Assembly (NCBI GenBank): GCA_007128005.1
Contig: SKYF01000104.1
Coordinates: forward strand, 1,232 to 65,231
Origin: Bdellovibrionales bacterium
Lineage (GTDB): Bacteria; Bdellovibrionota; Bdellovibrionia; Bdellovibrionales; UBA1609
DNA: 64,000 nt
Direction: 5' to 3'
The notes below the pieces were generated by a model, which had not been told where the DNA came from, ran no database searches, and saw only the letters and a program-made list of their open reading frames with translations. The position numbers and the translations under genes were made by a program. Below, piece by piece: positions 61,858 to 64,000 of the stretch. Positions within the stretch are counted from its first letter, which is position 1. Every line of letters begins with the position of its first letter.

Positions 61858-61900
61858 GAAAATTGGCTCGCCGCATATCCAAACACGGCCTGGCACCAAA

Positions 61901-61990
61901 TGGCGGAGAGGGTGAGATTCGAACTCACGAGGCCCGCAAAGGCCCGCCGGTTTTCAAGACCGGTGCTTTCAACCACTCAGCCACCTCTCC
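61901..61990 (-). tRNA. tRNA-Ser(TGA)
   Basis: 90 nt GGAGAGG...CCTCTCCGCCA; anticodon arm CCGGT-CTTGAAA-ACCGG; long variable arm. Confidence 0.96.
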
Positions 61991-62108
61991 GCAGAATGAT
62001 TTTTGTCTGTTTCGGTTAACATAGAGGACTCAGCTCTGGCCACTGGAAAATCAACCCTTGCAGTGAAATCCCGAGCTGCAAAGCCCAGCTTCTGACAAAA
62101 TGCGTAAT

Positions 62109-63410
62109 TCAGCCTTTTTGCGAGGCCGGGATTTTATCCCTGCCGCCCATATAGGCTCTGAGGGCCTCCGGAATCAAAATAGACCCGTCGTCTTGCTGAT
62201 AGTTTTCAAGAATGGCGATCAGGGTTCGCCCCACAGCAAGGCCTGAACCATTGAGGGTGTGAACAAAGCGAGGCTTTGCCCCCTTGCCCTCGGGTCGGTA
62301 GCGAATATTGGCTCTTCTTGCCTGGAAGTCTTCAAAATTTGAGCAGGAGCTGATTTCACGATAGCCGGATGAGCCGGGCAACCAGACCTCTAAGTCAAAG
62401 CATTTGGCCGCTCCAAAGCCAATGTCCTTAGAGCAAAGGCTCACTCTGCGAAAAGCCAACTCCAAATCCTGAAGGATTTGCTCGGCGTGAGCGGTGAGCT
62501 TTTCATGCCAGTCATAGGATTGATCTGGGTGAGAAAAGATCATCAACTCAACTTTGTTAAACTGATGTTGGCGAATCAGCCCGCGGGTGTCCTTGCCATG
62601 ACTGCCCGCCTCAGAGCGAAAACAGGGCGAGTAAGCGCAGTACCTTAAGGGAAGCTCCTTTTCATCAAGAATCTCCTCTGCATAGTAGTTGGTCACAGGG
62701 ACTTCGGCTGTGGGAACCAAGTAGTAATCGGTCTCACTGAGGTGAAAGACGTCTTGTTTAAACTTTGGAAAATTACCTGTGCCTTGAAGGCTTTGGCTGT
62801 TAACAATAAAGGGTGGAATCATCTCCGCATAGCCATGCCTTTGTGAGTGGCAGTCCATCATAAACTGAATCAAGGCCCTTTCCAGTTGGGCGCCAGCCCC
62901 TTTAAGAAAAGCAAAGCGCGCTCCTGTGACTTTTCCAGCCCGTTCAAAATCCAAAATACCCAAGGTCTCCCCCAAGGCCACATGATCTTTAACTGGGAAG
63001 GAAAACTCCCTCTTTGGCCCCACTTCCTTGATCACCTCGTTGTCCTCTGCACTGTCACCTAAGGGCACAGAGGAATGAAGTCTATTGGGCAGGCTCAGGA
63101 GCATCAATTCTAGCTCTGCTGAGACCTCTTGGGCTAACTTGTCAAAGTCCTTCACTTGGCCACTGAGTTCCTGCATTTGGCTGAGTAACTCTGAGGCCTC
63201 TTCTTTTTCCCGTTTTCGTCGGGCGATCTCCTGACCTACGCGGTTTTGCTCGGCCCGGGCGGTCTCCATTTGGGTGAGGTAGCTCTTTCTCTTGGAGTTC
63301 AATTCCAGCAGATCATCCACCGCTGAGGCATCAGCCCCCCGATCCTTGAGGGATTGGCGGTACTCCTGGACAAAAGTGGGGTCTTTTTCAAGGGCTTTGA
63401 TATCAATCAT
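62109..63410 (-). CDS. serS: Seryl-tRNA synthetase
   Basis: N-terminal coiled coil, [39 protein letters not shown]. Confidence 0.97.
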   Translation of the reverse strand: MIDIKALEKDPTFVQEYRQSLKDRGADASAVDDLLELNSKRKSYLTQMETARAEQNRVGQEIARRKREKEEASELLSQMQELSGQVKDFDKLAQEVSAELELMLLSLPNRLHSSVPLGDSAEDNEVIKEVGPKREFSFPVKDHVALGETLGILDFERAGKVTGARFAFLKGAGAQLERALIQFMMDCHSQRHGYAEMIPPFIVNSQSLQGTGNFPKFKQDVFHLSETDYYLVPTAEVPVTNYYAEEILDEKELPLRYCAYSPCFRSEAGSHGKDTRGLIRQHQFNKVELMIFSHPDQSYDWHEKLTAHAEQILQDLELAFRRVSLCSKDIGFGAAKCFDLEVWLPGSSGYREISSCSNFEDFQARRANIRYRPEGKGAKPRFVHTLNGSGLAVGRTLIAILENYQQDDGSILIPEALRAYMGGRDKIPASQKG

Positions 63411-63442
63411 GGTCTTGGTCCTCTTCTAAACAGACAAGGCAG

Positions 63443-63739
63443 TCAGTGTCCCGGAGCCAGTAGAATGTACATTCGTAAAAGCATTCCGACCAAAACGCAA
63501 ACAAGATTGAACACGAGAACACTGAGGATGGACCATTTTTTTGCGACTTTGAGAAAGGCCAGCAGAGTCACCGTAATCACAAGGACAAAGGAAAATGTCC
63601 CAAATCCAATCATCTCCTGGCCAATGAGAGCCAAGGTCAAGCCCACAAAAGAGCCCGTCATGACTTTAAGGACAAAATTGAACACATCCAGGCCTGTGGC
63701 CTTAAAACGATATTGAACTCCATCCATAAACTGTCCCAT
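63443..63739 (-). CDS. Small three-TM membrane protein
   Basis: GGAG RBS and three hydrophobic segments. Confidence 0.7.
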   Translation of the reverse strand: MGQFMDGVQYRFKATGLDVFNFVLKVMTGSFVGLTLALIGQEMIGFGTFSFVLVITVTLLAFLKVAKKWSILSVLVFNLVCVLVGMLLRMYILLAPGH

Positions 63740-63758
63740 TCAAACATTCTCCAATGGA

Positions 63759-64000
63759 TCAGCCCCCCTGTAAAGCCTCAATCCGTCTTTGCAATTGAGC
63801 TCGGTCCGGAGCATTGGGGTTAAGAACAAAATAGTGTTTAAAAGCCTCTATGGCCCGGACCCTATCTCCCTGCATCAGAAAGACCTCGCCCTGCTCCCGG
63901 TAGATCTCAGGCAATCCCGACTCCTGGTTGGCTGCCTGGCGCAGCATGGAGATCGCCACATCCAGACTCCCACTCAGGCGATAGCACTGGGCAAGTCGAA
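63759..64000 (-). CDS. TPR-containing protein, C-terminal part (truncated by the window)
   Basis: Frame open to the window edge; TPR-like EIYREQGEVF...AIEAFKHYFVLNPNAPD. Confidence 0.7.
   Translation of the reverse strand, partial: RLAQCYRLSGSLDVAISMLRQAANQESGLPEIYREQGEVFLMQGDRVRAIEAFKHYFVLNPNAPDRAQLQRRIEALQGG

Larger units (their letters stand above)
61086..61897 (+). mobile_element. RAYT-like element bounded by a 19-bp inverted repeat next to tRNA-Ser
   Basis: GGTGCCAGGCCGTGTTTGG (61086-61104) and CCAAACACGGCCTGGCACC (61879-61897) enclose a single HUH transposase gene. Confidence 0.7.

Noticed and set aside
61626..62024. ORFs 61626..61976 (-) and 61728..62024 (+)
   Set aside because: Shadow frames over tRNA-Ser and the transposase.

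Overview
This is a gene-dense bacterial chromosome segment. Its gene content and order point to a predatory Bdellovibrionota (Bdellovibrio-like) organism; that assignment is inferred from synteny. Left to right it contains: an Rrf2-led suf operon with an NfuA-like carrier; a degenerate GDPD; tolQRAB followed by glnE with no adjacent pal; a lipoprotein cyclophilin; a stand-alone motAB; an ABC-2 transporter; dusB and tRNA-Phe; cystathionine lyase; uppP; a Ser/Thr kinase operon with orphan TadB/TadC-like genes; a histone H1-like gene; an Mla/MCE operon with two ATPases and two permeases; mdh-sucCD-ndk-pilF-rodZ; and nadE. Next is a large Tad/Flp pilus locus ending in an RHS/YD protein and small secreted proteins, matching the layout of the Bdellovibrio host-interaction (hit) locus. 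After that come cheY, two beta-barrel-like genes, groESL, rmuC, hflKC, a RAYT-type HUH transposase, tRNA-Ser and serS. The most notable signals are: (1) the RAYT gene is bracketed by a perfect 19-bp inverted repeat abutting tRNA-Ser and has a sigma54-like promoter; (2) a divergent hit-like small protein and a second small secreted protein follow the toxin-less RHS gene; (3) paired TGTC-N9-GACA palindromes lie at both ends of the Tad locus, together with sigma54- and sigma28-like promoters; (4) several proteins look like pseudoenzymes. All calls come from manual motif reading; no searches were run.
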